A stretch of 64,000 nucleotides of DNA. It comes from Octopus vulgaris (taxonomy: Eukaryota). The position numbers and the translations under genes were made by a program. A model generated the notes under the pieces. The model did no database searches and had not been told where the DNA came from. It saw only the letters and a program-made list of their open reading frames with translations. Location: assembly GCA_951406725.2 (NCBI GenBank), contig OX597821.1, forward strand, positions 73,160,001-73,224,000, given 5' to 3'. Shown here piece after piece: positions 1 to 13,679 of the stretch (position 1 is its first letter; each line of letters begins with the position of its first letter).

Positions 1-262
1 TTACGCACTGGGGTCAATATAATCGACTTAATCCGTTTGTCTGTCCTTGTTTGTCCTCTCTGTGTTTAGCCCCTTGTGGGTAGTAAAGAAATAGGTATTT
101 CGTATGCCGTTACGTTCTGAGTTCAAATTCCGCCGAGGTCGATTTTTAGTTTTCATTCTATCGGGGTCAATAAATCAAGTATCAGTTGAGTACTGGGGTC
201 GATCTAATCAACTGGCCCCCTCCCCCAAAGTTTCGGGCCTTGTGCCTAGAGTAGAAAAGAAT
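1..262 (+). mobile_element. Two fused fragments of tRNA-derived SINE family A
   Basis: Matches the more complete copies at 40145-40376 and 45543-45770 (GAGTTCAAATTCCGCCGAGGTCGA B-box region, CTGGGGTCGAT, tail GTCTGTCCTTGTTTGTCC..TGTGTTTAGCCCCTTGTGGG). Confidence 0.75.
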
Positions 263-1400
263 ACCAGTGGTTTAGTACGTCCTTAAGTATAAACAATAAA
301 AACGTTGTTCTTCGAGGACGTTCAGTATAGCATGAAATGGATTTAGGGACCACAGGAACCCGTAATATATTAGAAGAACGGTGTAAATATTTGATGTAAA
401 CTTCGAAGTGAGCCATTCTATATACTGTAGCATATTATGAACTACAACCTGTAGCATATTGTGAAATAAGCTGTATATATGTCTGTATATACACGCGCGC
501 GCACACATGCACATTCATTAATTATCATTAATTACAGTCTTAGTAAGATTAGCCTATTCATGTCTAAACCGTATTCGGGTTGCTTTTAATAATTACAGCG
601 AGCGATACATAACCACACCCGGCGTCGCCTATTCATCAAATGGTTTTTAGAAGAATAGAAATACAACAGCTTCCCTGACACAGAAATTCCCAAATAGATC
701 ATTTATTTTTAGTTTTTATCTTTTTTTAACCATTCCATTTTTCATCTGCCCCTTTGGAACTTCGAAAAACTGTTTGGAAACTGATTCTTCGCCACAGGGT
801 AACTTACTGTGTTAATTACCTCCCCTTTAAAGCTGTCCCTCTTACATACAAAGGACAATTTAGTTTCCAGAACCCACATTTGATTCCTTTACACTTTATT
901 AGTTTTATCAAAACCCCTTTATTTTAATTCGCCACTGTTCTTGTTCGTTTGTCACAAAACTCATTTCCTCCATTTCAGTAACAGCATCAGACTCTCTCAC
1001 AACCAAATGCCACATATCAGAGGCGGTTTCAAGTAGTGAAAGTGTAGCCCCAGAATGGCCGCAGCTTTCGAGCTGAAATTGATAATAAAATAACGAAAGC
1101 GATTTCCTTTGACTCTCAGTAACCCACCAATTTTTATAGTTTTTTTCTTTTTTATATTCAAGATTTGTTTCCCAGATCTGTGTCTTTTGTTTAGCTTTAA
1201 AATATACCAGTCACTCACAGTATTTTTATTTTTGATTGCTATTATAGTGTACTGATTGTTACACTGGGATGCTTTGTTCCCAATCATCTATACCTTGCTG
1301 TCTAATTCTCATTTAGTCCCAGAAAGAAATCAATAAGATTTAGCCTGTCTAGTTCGAACCCTTTCTACAATCGTGCGACGTTTTTTTGTGTATGTGTGCG

Positions 1401-1860
<460 letters not shown>

Positions 1861-3052
1861 TACGTACGTGTGACTGTTTTTATGAGTCTTTTTATGAGTG
1901 TTTGTGCGTATATTAATTCATCTCATTTCTTGTCTACGTGCCCCGGCACTTTAGTCTTAAATTTTATTGATGTGTAGTCTAACTTTCTAACAACTTTTCT
2001 GCTCTCGTAAGGAAATCACCGGGCTTCTTCTTTGGGGGTGGGAAAGGTTTGTAAAGAAATAGCATAAATAATGGAAATAATGTATCACCTTTTTAAGGTA
2101 AGAATCAAAATTTATATCGGTTTTAATATGACAAACGTTATTTGTAGAGTGGCAGACAGTCAACTAAGGTGCGCAATCATTTCTGAAATTACAAGTGATC
2201 AAAGAGAAAATTATTGAAGAAGTCGCCAACAGAAATAAAAATATGCAAATAAAGTTAATCATTCATTATGTCAAGGAAATTGTTCAGTTAACACCGTGTC
2301 TGACCCGCAGAACATGGTTTTTATACTTTCGCATCGATTAATGGAGATAGTTTCACTTTTTGTCATTTTCAAAGCTCACGAAACTAATAAACTGTATAAC
2401 CTAATGTATTTATATATGTACGTCTGTTTGAATTCGTTAATGTGTGTCGCGTTGATGTGTTGTCTAGAATTACTAAGAACATATATGTGGAGTTATTCTT
2501 CAAACCTTATTGGCACATCGACAAAAGTTAACCCACGAAACTGGATTGCCACGCATGGCATGGATCTAAGAAATGCAACTTAGGCGAAGCTGAAAGGTCA
2601 TATATTCCTTTTAGAGCTAAGAATCCCACATCACTACTGAATTCCAGATCCAAAATTTCCAGCAAATGCAAACATATGGAGAAATTTCTTTTAGCAAACT
2701 AGGAGACACCACCCTCACCGGACTGAGCAGCCATCTTGCAGACTTTGGACCCCTTTCCGAGGAATTATTCTACAACTAGCTTAATTGTGGATTTGCGGTC
2801 AAAAGGGACATTTTCATTCTTTTCTTTTGATGCTTTTATTCACCCTTCCACAATTTGCATCTACCTTCTTCTCGTTTTTTTTTCTCGTGATTTCTTTTAT
2901 ACCAGTCTCCTGATTTGTAAATTGAATATACCATGTGCTCAGAGCCCAAAGATCGTGCAGAGGCACAAGGTATGTTAGAAAAATCTGTCTAAACTCGCAT
3001 CAACTATGCAAGAGACTGTTATTAGCTCGTATCGTTACGTTCTATACATTAA

Positions 3053-3127
<75 letters not shown>

Positions 3128-3157
3128 CAAAATAAGCAACAGGATATCAAGTAGTGA

Positions 3158-3243
3158 TGCAGTACGACCGTTTCAAGCGGTTCCATTTAGTTGAATAATG
3201 CAATATTTACATCAATTTAAATACACTGCCATCTTCAGCTGCA
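3158..3243 (-). ncRNA. Minimal type I hammerhead ribozyme with long stem II (PLE-type)
   Basis: Minus strand: TGCAG-CTGAAGA-(about 57 nt)-GAAA-CGGTCG-TA-CTGCA; stem I TGCAG/CTGCA. Shares its 3' tail (GTTGCTTATTTTGATTAT) with the copy at 55334. Confidence 0.75.
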
Positions 3244-3680
3244 CAAATAAATAAATAGAATTTTAACATGTAGGACACATTAATATAATTTTTCTCAAAT
3301 ATTTTAACAGAGCAAGAATGTGGAAGAAATTCATGTTGTCGTTATTGTAGCTAAGAATAGACTACACTTCCAAGAATCGCATGAAGACTATTGGGGTCAT
3401 AGTATTGTAAGGGATTGTAATTCATTTCTAACTCATTTATCTCTTTATCAACTACTAAATCTAAAACAAGGCTGTGTCTATTTCGAATATAAGACAAGAG
3501 TGAGTTGACAGCTCAAGGCTAGGTACGGTCATGAATATTATCATATGTATCCCTTTTACTTAGGGAGGAAATAAGACATTAGGAGTAGTCAGTTGGATGT
3601 AAGTAACTGTCTATAAAAAGAGGCTGGGTAGGAGAAGACTTTAAATCATGACGTTAATTACCAGTTAGAGGGGCAAGACG

Positions 3681-3726
<46 letters not shown>

Positions 3727-4388
3727 GGGAGGAAGGGCTTAAGTATAGAGCACGAAACGGTGCAATTTATTTTAGATTATTTGAAACATAAGGTATATAA
3801 ATTTTTAATACATATGCATTTTAGTAACGCTGTAAAAAGTAGACGGAAAATGGACGATCTTTCAGCGAGATTAGTGAAATAGATTCCTTTTTCTGTCCAC
3901 GGAGAGATAACACGCGGTGAAATCACATCATTGACTTTTTCCAGCGAGGATTACTTTGCATATTTATTTAAAACGTTTAAAGTCTTTAAAGACCGTTAGA
4001 GTTTGGTTAGTGGAAGATTTGACTGTTATTTCAGGCAAATCAAGTAACCACAAAGGGCGTCCATGCTTCATTTGCCTATTATGTTGTTGATCTTGTTATT
4101 ATTGTTTTAGCTCCAGTCCATCTCTGATCGGATATGTTAATGATGACAACCAGCGTTCCATTCGTGACCATCTCTTAGTTATAATACATTTCAGAGAACA
4201 TTATCCAATATGCCTGATCTTTCTGAAGAAGTTATGGTGTGATTTTTAGAGGATTTGGTTGCTATTTCTTACAGGCAAATTGATAATGTAAGGGTTTCTT
4301 CATTAGCGCCAGTTTTCATAGATTTTGACCGCATTGTTCTTTTTCTGTATTTATTTATACATCTATATATTTTTTTCTTCTATTTCAG

Positions 4389-4585
4389 GAAATGGTAAAA
4401 GAAGTTCGATGGATGTGTCAAACCGTGACGAACAGTTGATGAAAATCCTTTCAAGAGGATTAGATCAACGGGCCATACGCAGTGAAATTGATGACGACAC
4501 AGTTCTTCCCCTAGAAAAGTCTTACGAACGAGCAGTGAAACAGAACGATTTTGCACCCGTAATTAAGAGACTGGTAATGAATTAA
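4389..4585 (+). CDS. Terminal coding exon of an amidated neuropeptide precursor, probably GGN-amide/excitatory peptide (EP, CCHamide family)
   Basis: Polypyrimidine tract and TTTCAG acceptor (AG 4387-4388). The phase-1 exon reads (G)NGKRSSMDVSNRDEQLMKILSRGLDQRAIRSEIDDDTVLPLEKSYERAVKQNDFAPVIKRLVMN*. GKR is an amidation plus dibasic cleavage signal; non-repetitive composition. No upstream exon found in the window. Confidence 0.7.
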
Positions 4586-5309
4586 TACATTATAAATAGA
4601 CGTCGAAACAATGATAAGTTATAGAAAAAAAAACAAAAACAAAGGAATGGTTTGAGACCCGTGTATGTATATATGAATATATATTTGTCTATGTGTATAT
4701 ATGTGTGTGTAAGGGGTGGGGTAAATCTTTTCAGACTAAGACTAAATTTCCATTGTTTGCTTCTAAGTTCTAATACGATCTGTCGGTTACAACTCCTGAC
4801 AGAAATGCTTTACATTGTTTTACGGTGACGGGGCGAAATTTCATCGCAGAATGTATAGAAACAGGAACGGAAACAGGAGATCCAGTCCGATGTTCGAACA
4901 ATTCGTCTTCCGGTTCATCGTTCTGGACTCGTACTTTCTTTATCAACTCTGAAAGAAGGAAAATTAAATTTGACCTTAGAGGGATTTGATCTCAAGGCGC
5001 AGAGAATCGAATCAGAACAAATACCACAAGACATTCCATCATACACTCTAACGACTCGGCTAATTTGCGCACATCCATCCATCCATATGCAAACCTCTGT
5101 ACTAGACATACACACACCAATTACCGTAGCTCCAGAGAATTGAAGCTTCTAATTTAAATACTGTAGTATTTAACGGTTTAATATCAGCGGGATGTGAACG
5201 GGAATCTCAGACAGTATCAAGATAAGATATAATATATATGTAAAACTACGTAGCAAAAATACACATATGGCAAAATTAATTATTTCTCAGTAAATGAGAA
5301 AATGAACTC

Positions 5310-5484
5310 ACAGAAATAGCACAGAGTGGCCGGTGACACGTATTTGAACTGCAAAAATGAATATGGGTATATCAAATAACATACAAAATGAATTCTTGAA
5401 TTATCAGAAATCCCGTAGCTTGTGCTTGCCCATGTGTGCGTGTGCCTGTATGTATGTATGTATGTATGTATGTATGTATGTATG

Positions 5485-5516
<32 letters not shown>

Positions 5517-6640
5517 ATCTTCTTGCACAGGCATTGCACGATAATAACATTGATTAAGCATTGTGCAATGGCCATACTCGATAACGAGGGGGCAGCCACC
5601 ATGTATGCATGTATGTGTGTGTGTGTGTGTGTGTGCTTGTGTAAGTGTGTGTGTGTGAAAAACAAAAGAACAGATTTCGGTTCTCGCCCCTTATTTGGGC
5701 CTCATCAGAGATGCCTATATAACTGGGCTTTGCGTAGTTTCCATCAACCAAATTTTACTCCTAAGTAACTACTGCAACAATCGCAGCCTATTCCAGAAGA
5801 TAGAAATGCGTGGCGACGTGCAGTGATGCCAGAACAGCGAGATTACAAAGGGACAGCATAACCACACAGCTATGTCAATGGCCGTAATAATCGATCGCCA
5901 TCAGAAGCCATTTCTCTGTTGATACTCTTGAAGAAAACGGCAACTGTATAACTCTCATTTCCTCATCCTTTGAAATCAATAGCTTTGATGTCCGCTTGGT
6001 AGCAGTGAGCGATACTGTTGATTGTTAAGTGTCAATTAGTCACCCAGTGAGCGGTGGTGGTGGTGGTGGTGGTGCGGGGGGAGGCGATGAGCAGGAAATT
6101 AAATTGTTTTATATCAACATTTCTGTGTATATGTGTATGTACGTAAACACAGGTACACACATATACGTATGTCCTTTTTTTATGTCAGTGTGTGTGTGTG
6201 TGTATGTGTGTGTGTGTGTATGTGTGTAAATCCAACACTTTCATCTATATAACGCCATGCCTTACATTAAATATACTGACACACATAGAAAGGGAGGGAG
6301 AGACAGACAGACAAAAGTAGATAATGTTTTGTTAACTCAGTGAAGAGAGTGTATTTGCTTTTCAAAGTGTAAAGTGTTAGTACAATAATATATATTCGTT
6401 GTGCTGATGACGCCTTTTGAGGAAGAAACGTGTCTACAGCTGTCTTCGTCTCTTCAAATAATCAAAATCCTTTTCTTAAATGGCAAGTCAATTTTGGAGG
6501 ATTCATGATTCTTGAGTAAGCTCCCCGGGAGCAAGGACATTTCTAATAATTCAATAATTTATTTTGTATATTACTTGATAGACCCATATTCATCTTTGCT
6601 GTTCAAATATGTGTCACCGGCCACTCTCAGCTATTTCTGT
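5310..6640. repeat. Diverged inverted repeat of about 115 bp (5310-5425 vs 6530-6640), old PLE-type fold-back
   Basis: CAGAAATAGC..GAGTGGCCGGTGACAC..TTTGAAC is the reverse complement of GTTCAAATATGTGTCACCGGCCACTCTCAGCTATTTCTG; a hammerhead lies just upstream of the right arm. Confidence 0.75.
6399..6439 (+). ncRNA. Minimal type I hammerhead ribozyme
   Basis: TTGTG-CTGATGA-cgCCTtttgAGGaa-GAAA-CGTG-TC-TACAG; stem I with G-U pairs. Confidence 0.6.
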
Positions 6641-7101
6641 CAGCTCGTTTTCGTTTTATGCGTAATTGTGCGTGTGTGTGTGCGTGTGCGTTTGTGTTTG
6701 CGTGTGTATGTGTGTGTGTGTGTGTGTCTGCGTGTGTATGTGTGTGTACGTGTGCGTATGAGTCTGCATGTGTGTGTATGTGCGGCTGAGTGTGCGTATG
6801 TGTGTGCGCGTCTGCGTCTGCGCGCGCGTGTGGTGTGTGCGTCTGCGTCTACGTGTGTGTCTGTGCATGTGTGTGTGTATGCGTGTGAATGCACGCCCGT
6901 CTGCGTCTACGTATATATGTGTGTGCATGTATGTGTGCGCACGTCTGCGTCTGCTTGTGTGCGTGTGTGTATGTGTCCGTGTGTGCATGTGTGTGTGTGT
7001 GTGTGTGTGTGTTCTTGTGTGTATGCTGAAGAAGCATCGCATTTCCATTTGTTTCAATGGAAGTGTTCTTTATATTACTACCAATATCATTGCCGTGTTT
7101 A

Positions 7102-7296
7102 AGGCGGCGAGCTGGCAGAATCGTTAGTGTACCGGGCGGCGGCGGTAAAATGCGTTCTGAGTTCAAATTCCACCAAGGTCGACTTAGCCTTTCATCCTTT
7201 CGCGGCCAATGAAATAAGTACCAATTACACGATGGGGTTCGATGTAATCGACCTATATCCCTCCACAAAAAAATTCAGGCATACTGCCTATAATAG

Positions 7297-7300
<4 letters not shown>
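7102..7300 (+). mobile_element. tRNA-derived SINE family A
   Basis: GGCGGCGAGCTGGCAGAATCGTTAG (A-box-like), GAGTTCAAATTCC (B-box), GTCGACTTAGCCTTTCATCCTTTC; ends in (TTA)n. Confidence 0.8.
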
Positions 7301-7327
<27 letters not shown>

Positions 7328-7329
7328 CA

Positions 7330-7608
7330 TTCAGTAGTTTTATTTTTATAGCGTGCTTTCACTTCACTACCGAGCGCAGCTCTGTGTGCCTTAGGTATGT
7401 GTTGTTATTTGTTGTGATGCTCTGATGGTTATTGTATGGAAAGTGTTCTGCGTAGGATGTGTGCAGTGCCTAGTAGTGCAATTTTCTGTATGTTATGTGT
7501 TTGTAAGTCCTGGTGTTTTTGTTATGTATTTGTCTGAATATTTTTTTATCATGCCTAATGCACCTACTATGATAGGAATTGTTTCTGTTTTTAGATTCCA
7601 CATTCTGG
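7330..7608 (-). mobile_element. 3' fragment of Dong/R4-clade RLE LINE
   Basis: MWNLKTETIPIIVGALGMIKK (RLE C-terminus) plus 3' UTR, flanked by TAA/CAA repeats. Confidence 0.75.
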
Positions 7609-7692
<84 letters not shown>

Positions 7693-7693
7693 A

Positions 7694-8240
7694 GAGTGAG
7701 AGAGCAGTGCATGCCATCAAAGTGACACTGGGGTAAAATATGCGATGCCCAGCATACCCATCACGACTACCCGTCTGATAAGAGTACACTAAGCACATGC
7801 ATCACAACCATATGTGCACGACATGGTGATTTCATATCAAGATAAACAGCACATGACCTTGCAGGTGGGGCCCAGTTAGAATTTTCTTCTGGTCGAGTAA
7901 CCCTCAAAAGGTCCCTGAATAAGGGTTGTTTAAGGATGTTGAATGAAACACCCATGTTTCCAAAGGTAAATTATTCAAACCCCAAAGAATCCCTCTCAAC
8001 ACCTGGTTATGATGCTCCCCCACTACTTCTGCTCGTGATCAGAGATGCACATGTCGTCAGCCACTAAGGAACATAGTCAACTGGTTAAGGTCAAACAACT
8101 GACAAGCAAATCTGTGGTATTAAGAAGAATATTTGCTGTAGCCCGTCTTTTATACCAAGACAAAACACTGTACATGATAACACTTCCAATAAGTTAAGAT
8201 CAGAAGCCATGCGAACCAATGCCTGGTACTGCATCAGGGC

Positions 8241-8241
<1 letters not shown>
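7694..8241 (+). mobile_element. Non-coding repeat of about 550 bp inserted in trinucleotide microsatellite (family F)
   Basis: Near-full-length reverse-complement copy at 39012-39568; fragments at 31483-31550 and 33845-33928; flanked by (TTG)n/(TTA)n. Confidence 0.8.
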
Positions 8242-8277
<36 letters not shown>

Positions 8278-8424
8278 GTAACAAGGAAAAAGTTTGACAG
8301 TTACCACAAAGTTCCAGCTCTGTGGTCTTCTTCAGACATACCAAAACTTTCGAATAGTTGTCAGCCTTTCACCTGTAAAAACAAAGGCGTTGAGAAATAT
8401 CAACTGAAAAGTATTGAAATAAAA

Positions 8425-8931
8425 TAAATGCGCCCTTTTAAAGCCTAGCCAGGCTCAGGGACCCGGTTTCCCTGTTTCAATGGCGTATGTGTTCCCCAAC
8501 TGGACGGGACGCTAGTCGATCGCAGCGTTACTCATTTTTGCCAACTGAGTGGAGTGGAGCAATGTGAAATGAAGTGTTTTGTTCAAGAACACAATGCGTC
8601 GCCCGGTCCAGGAATCGAAACTACAATCTTACGATCATGGTGCTGAAACCCTAACCACTAAGCCACGCGCCTCTACTAAATAAATGGGTCCTTTTTAAAG
8701 CCTAGCCAGGCTCATGGCCCAGTTTCCCGGTTTCAATGGCGTATATATTCCTCAACTGGACGGGACGCCAGTCCATCGCAGCGTTACTCATTTTTGCCAA
8801 CTGAGTGGACTGGAGCAACGTGAAATGAAGTGTTCTGCTCAAAAACACAACGCGTCGCCCGGTCCAGGAATCGAAACCACAATCTTACGATCATGATGCT
8901 GACACTCTAACCACTAAGCCACGCGCCTCCA
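8425..8931 (-). mobile_element. Two tandem tRNA-derived V-SINE-like elements (8425-8675, 8680-8931)
   Basis: Minus strand GGAGGCGCGTGGCTTAGTGGTTAG..GGTTTCGATTCC tRNA head, then CTGCGATGGACTGGCGTCCCGTCCAG resembling the V-SINE central domain. Confidence 0.75.
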
Positions 8932-9710
8932 CGGAAAGTATTTAGAGAGCCTTTAATTTAATGTTTCTGTCGATATATATTAAAAGCTATAAATGAGACC
9001 AAACAGATGTGTAAAAATGTATGTTTTTACTTCGAGCTTTATTTAAGCTATTGAGAGAATTCAAGCCGGTCGCTAAGAACGCGACAAGACTTTTTCAGTT
9101 GAGGTCCCGGTGTTTGTGAATGTGTGGTTGAGTTGGTGTGTTGGTTGAACTGTCGATACACACACCCAAGTGTATGCATCTCATCATCTAAAGAATCTCA
9201 GAAGAAGAATTTTAGGAATGACTCACAAATCTTCACTGTGCCACTAATACGTTGGATTTGGAAAATCTGCGTCAGTTCTTTTTTTTTTTTAATTTTTCTT
9301 CGAAAAATCTAGAATTTCTAGGGTTTTGTGTAAATCTGAAGGTACATTTCCTAATGCATCTATGAGAATTTATAGTCAAGGTGCAGGAGCTGTAAGTGGC
9401 GCAGTAATTCGCTATAAATATTCTCTTTTTCCTGGATGTTTAATGTATGTATGTATGTATGTATGTATGTATGTATGTATGTATGTATGTATGTATGTAT
9501 GTATGTATGTATGTATGTATGTATGTATGTATGTATGTATGTATGTATGTATGTATGTATGTATGTATGTATGTCAATATTCAGTTTATAACAAGATTTC
9601 TTGCCAATAGAGAAAGAACTGGTTTCTAACCTAGATCCAAAGCTCCTTCATTGGAATTTCAACATCAACAACAGGATATTTTTGTATGTATGTATGTACG
9701 TACTTATGCA

Positions 9711-9764
<54 letters not shown>

Positions 9765-11074
9765 TTAATTGTAATTGTTAATGTTTTCCTGTTCGTTTTT
9801 TAATTCCAAAGTCTTAAGTGCAAATATTTCCATTTAAAGTATAGAATTCTTATTAAATAATCAGAATTTCAATTTCATTATTTTATTATTATTATTTTGT
9901 TATTTCACTACTTTATTATCATTATTTTTTTATTATTGATTTATTTCTCCCTGAAAATAATGAACTATTGATTATGATAATTCCGATAAGCACAACTTCC
10001 TTTGCAATTACTTTTTTTTTTTCAACCGATTTGTTGTTGTTGTTGTTGTTGCTGTTTGTAGTCGAGTAAATTGCATTAAGATAACGAACGATCGACCCCA
10101 GCCATGCAGTCTCGCTAAAGCGTCGGGAAAAATTTACATTGTGACATTCGTTTCGGCACTTTCTGTTCTCGGTTCAAATCCTTCCTTCCTCTCCTGCTGA
10201 GATGACGAAAATATAATTATTATGGCGGTTATTTGTTTGTTAATAAAGGGTTCGGAGTTGCATTATGGCTTCGGACAAAATGCTTGCCGGTGTTTGTTCC
10301 GGCTCTTTACATACTTAGCACCCAAGGATCAAGTGTTGGTGTTAAGCCCCGCGACGGATTAAGTCTACCACCCAAATTAGTCTATGCAGAATTTAAATCG
10401 AGAACATAAACGAACCAAAACTAATGCCACAAGACATTCTCTCAGAGGCCCTCACAGTTTCACTAGTTCACCACCCAGAATTGATATTTATTTGGCCACC
10501 CCTATAAAGACGGTCAGTCACTGCACTTGTAACGTTTCGACTTGTGCGTGTGCATATTTACATACTTGGATGTCTTTGGTTTTAGATATGAGTGTCATTT
10601 ATTAAATTGAAAATCTACCTGCATTTGTAGACATGCGCAAACTCGTCACATGGACGGAGAAATCAATATGAGAACATAGAAAATAAAACTAGAAATCGGA
10701 ATATAAAAATAATTTCAACTGGCATCCACGAAGGTAAAAAGGAATCACGACGAACAGACAGCTAAACTTGGTTAAAGTCACATGCCAAAGGTTGGGTCGG
10801 TAACTAAGATGAAGAGGTGATGCGTTAAGTATTCGCTCTTCGTAGGGTGGAGGTAGGTTAAGTAGTCACCTGCATCAAACTAACACCTGGAACTGAATTA
10901 CTTTGGCTTCATGAGACGTACGTTTTTCTTTCATTTTATCTTTTTTCTAGTGTCAGATTTGACTGCGGCCATGCTGGGGCACCACCTTGAATAATTTTAG
11001 TCGAACGAATCGACCCCAGTACTCATTATTATTATTATTTTTATTATTATTGTTGTTGTTGTTGTTGTTGTTGC

Positions 11075-11490
11075 CTTTGCACAGCTTCTAACGCTGGAGA
11101 TGTACTACAGTGTCAGCTGTTCACTACCAGTGAACTAAGGTAACACCTCTTATTTTTCGAGTACCTTCCGGAGTATTCGAGCGGTTCCAAGCAGTGCTGT
11201 TTTCTACAAGTACTTCACTCTTATTGAAACCCCTATTTGTTCCACGTACTTCTCGAGATTTTTGCTCACTATTCCCAGGGCTCCGACAATTATTGGTACT
11301 ACTGCGACCTTTTTCATCGACCACAACTGCTTAACTTCCCAAGCTAACCTGTCATATCTCTCGACTTTTCTTTCTTCCTTATCGCATACCTTGTTGTCAG
11401 CTGGGCATGCTATATCTATGATCCAGCATAATTTGTTTTCTTTCTCAATTAAGACTATGTCTGGCTTCCTATTCTCAATCTCATGGTCGC
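11075..11490 (-). mobile_element. 3' end (RLE endonuclease and 3' UTR) of a Dong/R4 LINE
   Basis: CDHEIENRKPDIVLIEKENKLCWIIDIACPADNKVCDKEERKVERY..VVPIIVGALG (PD..D RLE motif); ends in (CAA)n(TAA)n. Confidence 0.85.
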
Positions 11491-13678
11491 AGAAAATCTC
11501 GAAGGAAATTTCTGTGTTAGACCGAAAAGAGAAAGAGGAACTTAAAAGTGAACATACAGGGCGCTTAAAAGGAAGTATAATATTGAAAGAAAGGGCCTGA
11601 AAGTAGTAGTGGAGGAACTGAAACAGCGCCTCGTTGCAAACAAAGCAATGATGGTAAGATACGACCAAAGAATGAAAGGTTAGCACCAGAATAGGTTATT
11701 CAGAGTAGATCAGAAGAGATTGTATAAAGAAATAAATGGAGGGTGTACAGATGAAAAGTTGATACCAGATAACATTGAAAGTCAAAGGTTTTGGAGTGAC
11801 ATCTGGAGCAAAGACAAGGAGTACAAGAATGATGCTGAATAGTTGGTCCAAAACAGTCGGTCCAAAACAGTAGTCGGTCCAAAACAGGCAGAACTAGTCA
11901 TTTCAGTTAGAGAAGTGAAGGAAATTAGCAAAAACAAAAATGGGCAACTGGAAGGCCCTGGGACCAGATGGAGTTCAAGATTACCGGATCAAAAGATTTG
12001 GTGAATGTCATGCACGAATAGCTGTACAATTCAACACCTTGTTAAATGTCGACCAAGTAATACCAGAGTGGTTGACATTGGATAGGACAATGCTGTGCCT
12101 GAAAAACATCGAAAAAAGCAATATGGTAGACAATTACAGGCCGATATCCTGTTTGCCACTTATGTGGAAGTTATTGACTGGAATACTTGCAGAGTCAATA
12201 TACGAACATCTAGAAAATATCGAGTCCTGCTACATGAGCAGAAGGGTTTTAAGCGTAAGTGCGGAGGTACCAAGGATCAACTCCTGATAGATAAAACTGT
12301 ATTCAGAGACTGCAGGAGGAGGAAAAGTAACTTAGCCATGTCATGGATCGACTATCGTAAGGTGCACGATATGATCCCACATTCTTGGATAATGGGGTGT
12401 ATGAACCTGTTTGGGATTGCATCGAATGTTGAGCGATTGCTTGGAAAAAGTATGGCGAATTGGAGGACGGACCTGACAGTATACGGAAGAAGTTTAGGGA
12501 CAGTAGAAATTAGGAGGGTCATCTTCCAAGAGGACTGCCTGTCCCCACTGATCTTTGTACTGGGCTTGATACCACTAACACTGATTCTGAGGAAAGCGAA
12601 AGCTGGGTATGTATTCAAAAGCCGCCAGCTAAAAGTCAATCATTTGTTATTCATGGATGACCTCAAATTTTATGGTGAAGATGAAGCCCAAGTCAGTTTC
12701 CTGGTTGATACGGTGTATACGTTCAGTGATGATATCAGAATGGAGTTCGAACTGAGAAAGTGTGGAGTGTTAGTACTGAAAAGAGGCAAAATGAAATGTT
12801 TGGACGGACTAACGATACCGTCGGGGGAGGTTAGGAAGCAGATAGAAGAGACGGGCTATAAGTACTTGGGGATTTTGGAAATGGATGAATTAATGGAGAA
12901 GGAAATGACAGAAAAATTTAAGATGGAGTACTTACGCAGACTGAGACTGATCCTTAAGTCGAAATTAAATGGACGGAATAAGATCGAAGCTATCAAGACC
13001 TGGGCGATTTCACAACTTAGATATGGTGCAGGGATAATCGCATGGACAGCAGATAACTAAACTGCTTAGACAGAAAGACAAGAATGTTGCTAACTAGATA
13101 TGGATCATTCCACCCAAAAAGTGACACAGGCAGACTGTATGTACCAAGAAAAAGAGGAGGGTAGACGACTGATTGGACGCGAACACAGCATTAGAGCAGA
13201 AGAAAACAACATAGCATAGTATGTAAAAATGCCACAGAACCGCTATTGTTAGAAGTAAGGTCAGGCTTGTGTAGGATGAAAGATTGCAAAGGTAAAGCAC
13301 AATATAAAAAATTGAATACGAATGAAAATGAAAATAGGTGGGTAAAGAAAAGAATGCATGGTCAATTTCATAGGGATGTTGAAGATAAGACAGAGAAAAA
13401 AGATGGCTGTGGATGACTAAAAGTGATCTAAAACCGGAAAAAGAGGCTCTAATCTGTGCTACCTAAGAGCAGGCATTAAGAACAAACTACATAAAATACA
13501 GAACAGACAACACATCAGAACGTGATAAGTGCAGAATCTGTGGAAAAAAGGGTGAAACCGTATGGCATGTTACCAGCCAATGTACTCCACTAGCCCAGAA
13601 GGAATATAAGAGACGCCATGACAGTATAGCTAGGCTTGTCCATTGGACACTTTGCAACAAGTATGCACTTGAACAAAA
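11491..13678 (+). pseudogene. Degraded Dong/R4-clade reverse transcriptase plus CCHC region, inverted relative to its own 3' end
   Basis: [53 protein letters not shown], then CRICG..ETVWHVTSQC..YKRRHD; multiple frameshifts and stops. Confidence 0.9.
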
Positions 13679-13679
13679 A

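Noticed and set aside
7720-7760. Pistol- or twister-like ribozyme at the 5' end of family F
   Set aside because: Only a 6-bp pseudoknot-like match; the required stems and conserved nucleotides are absent and vary between copies.
8870-8931. tRNA genes at SINE heads
   Set aside because: They continue into SINE bodies, occur as dispersed diverged copies and lack complete cloverleaves.
8280-9665. Hammerhead-like fragments at about 8295-8340 and 9610-9660 (also about 55545 and 57965)
   Set aside because: Core substitutions and poor stem I pairing; too degenerate to call.
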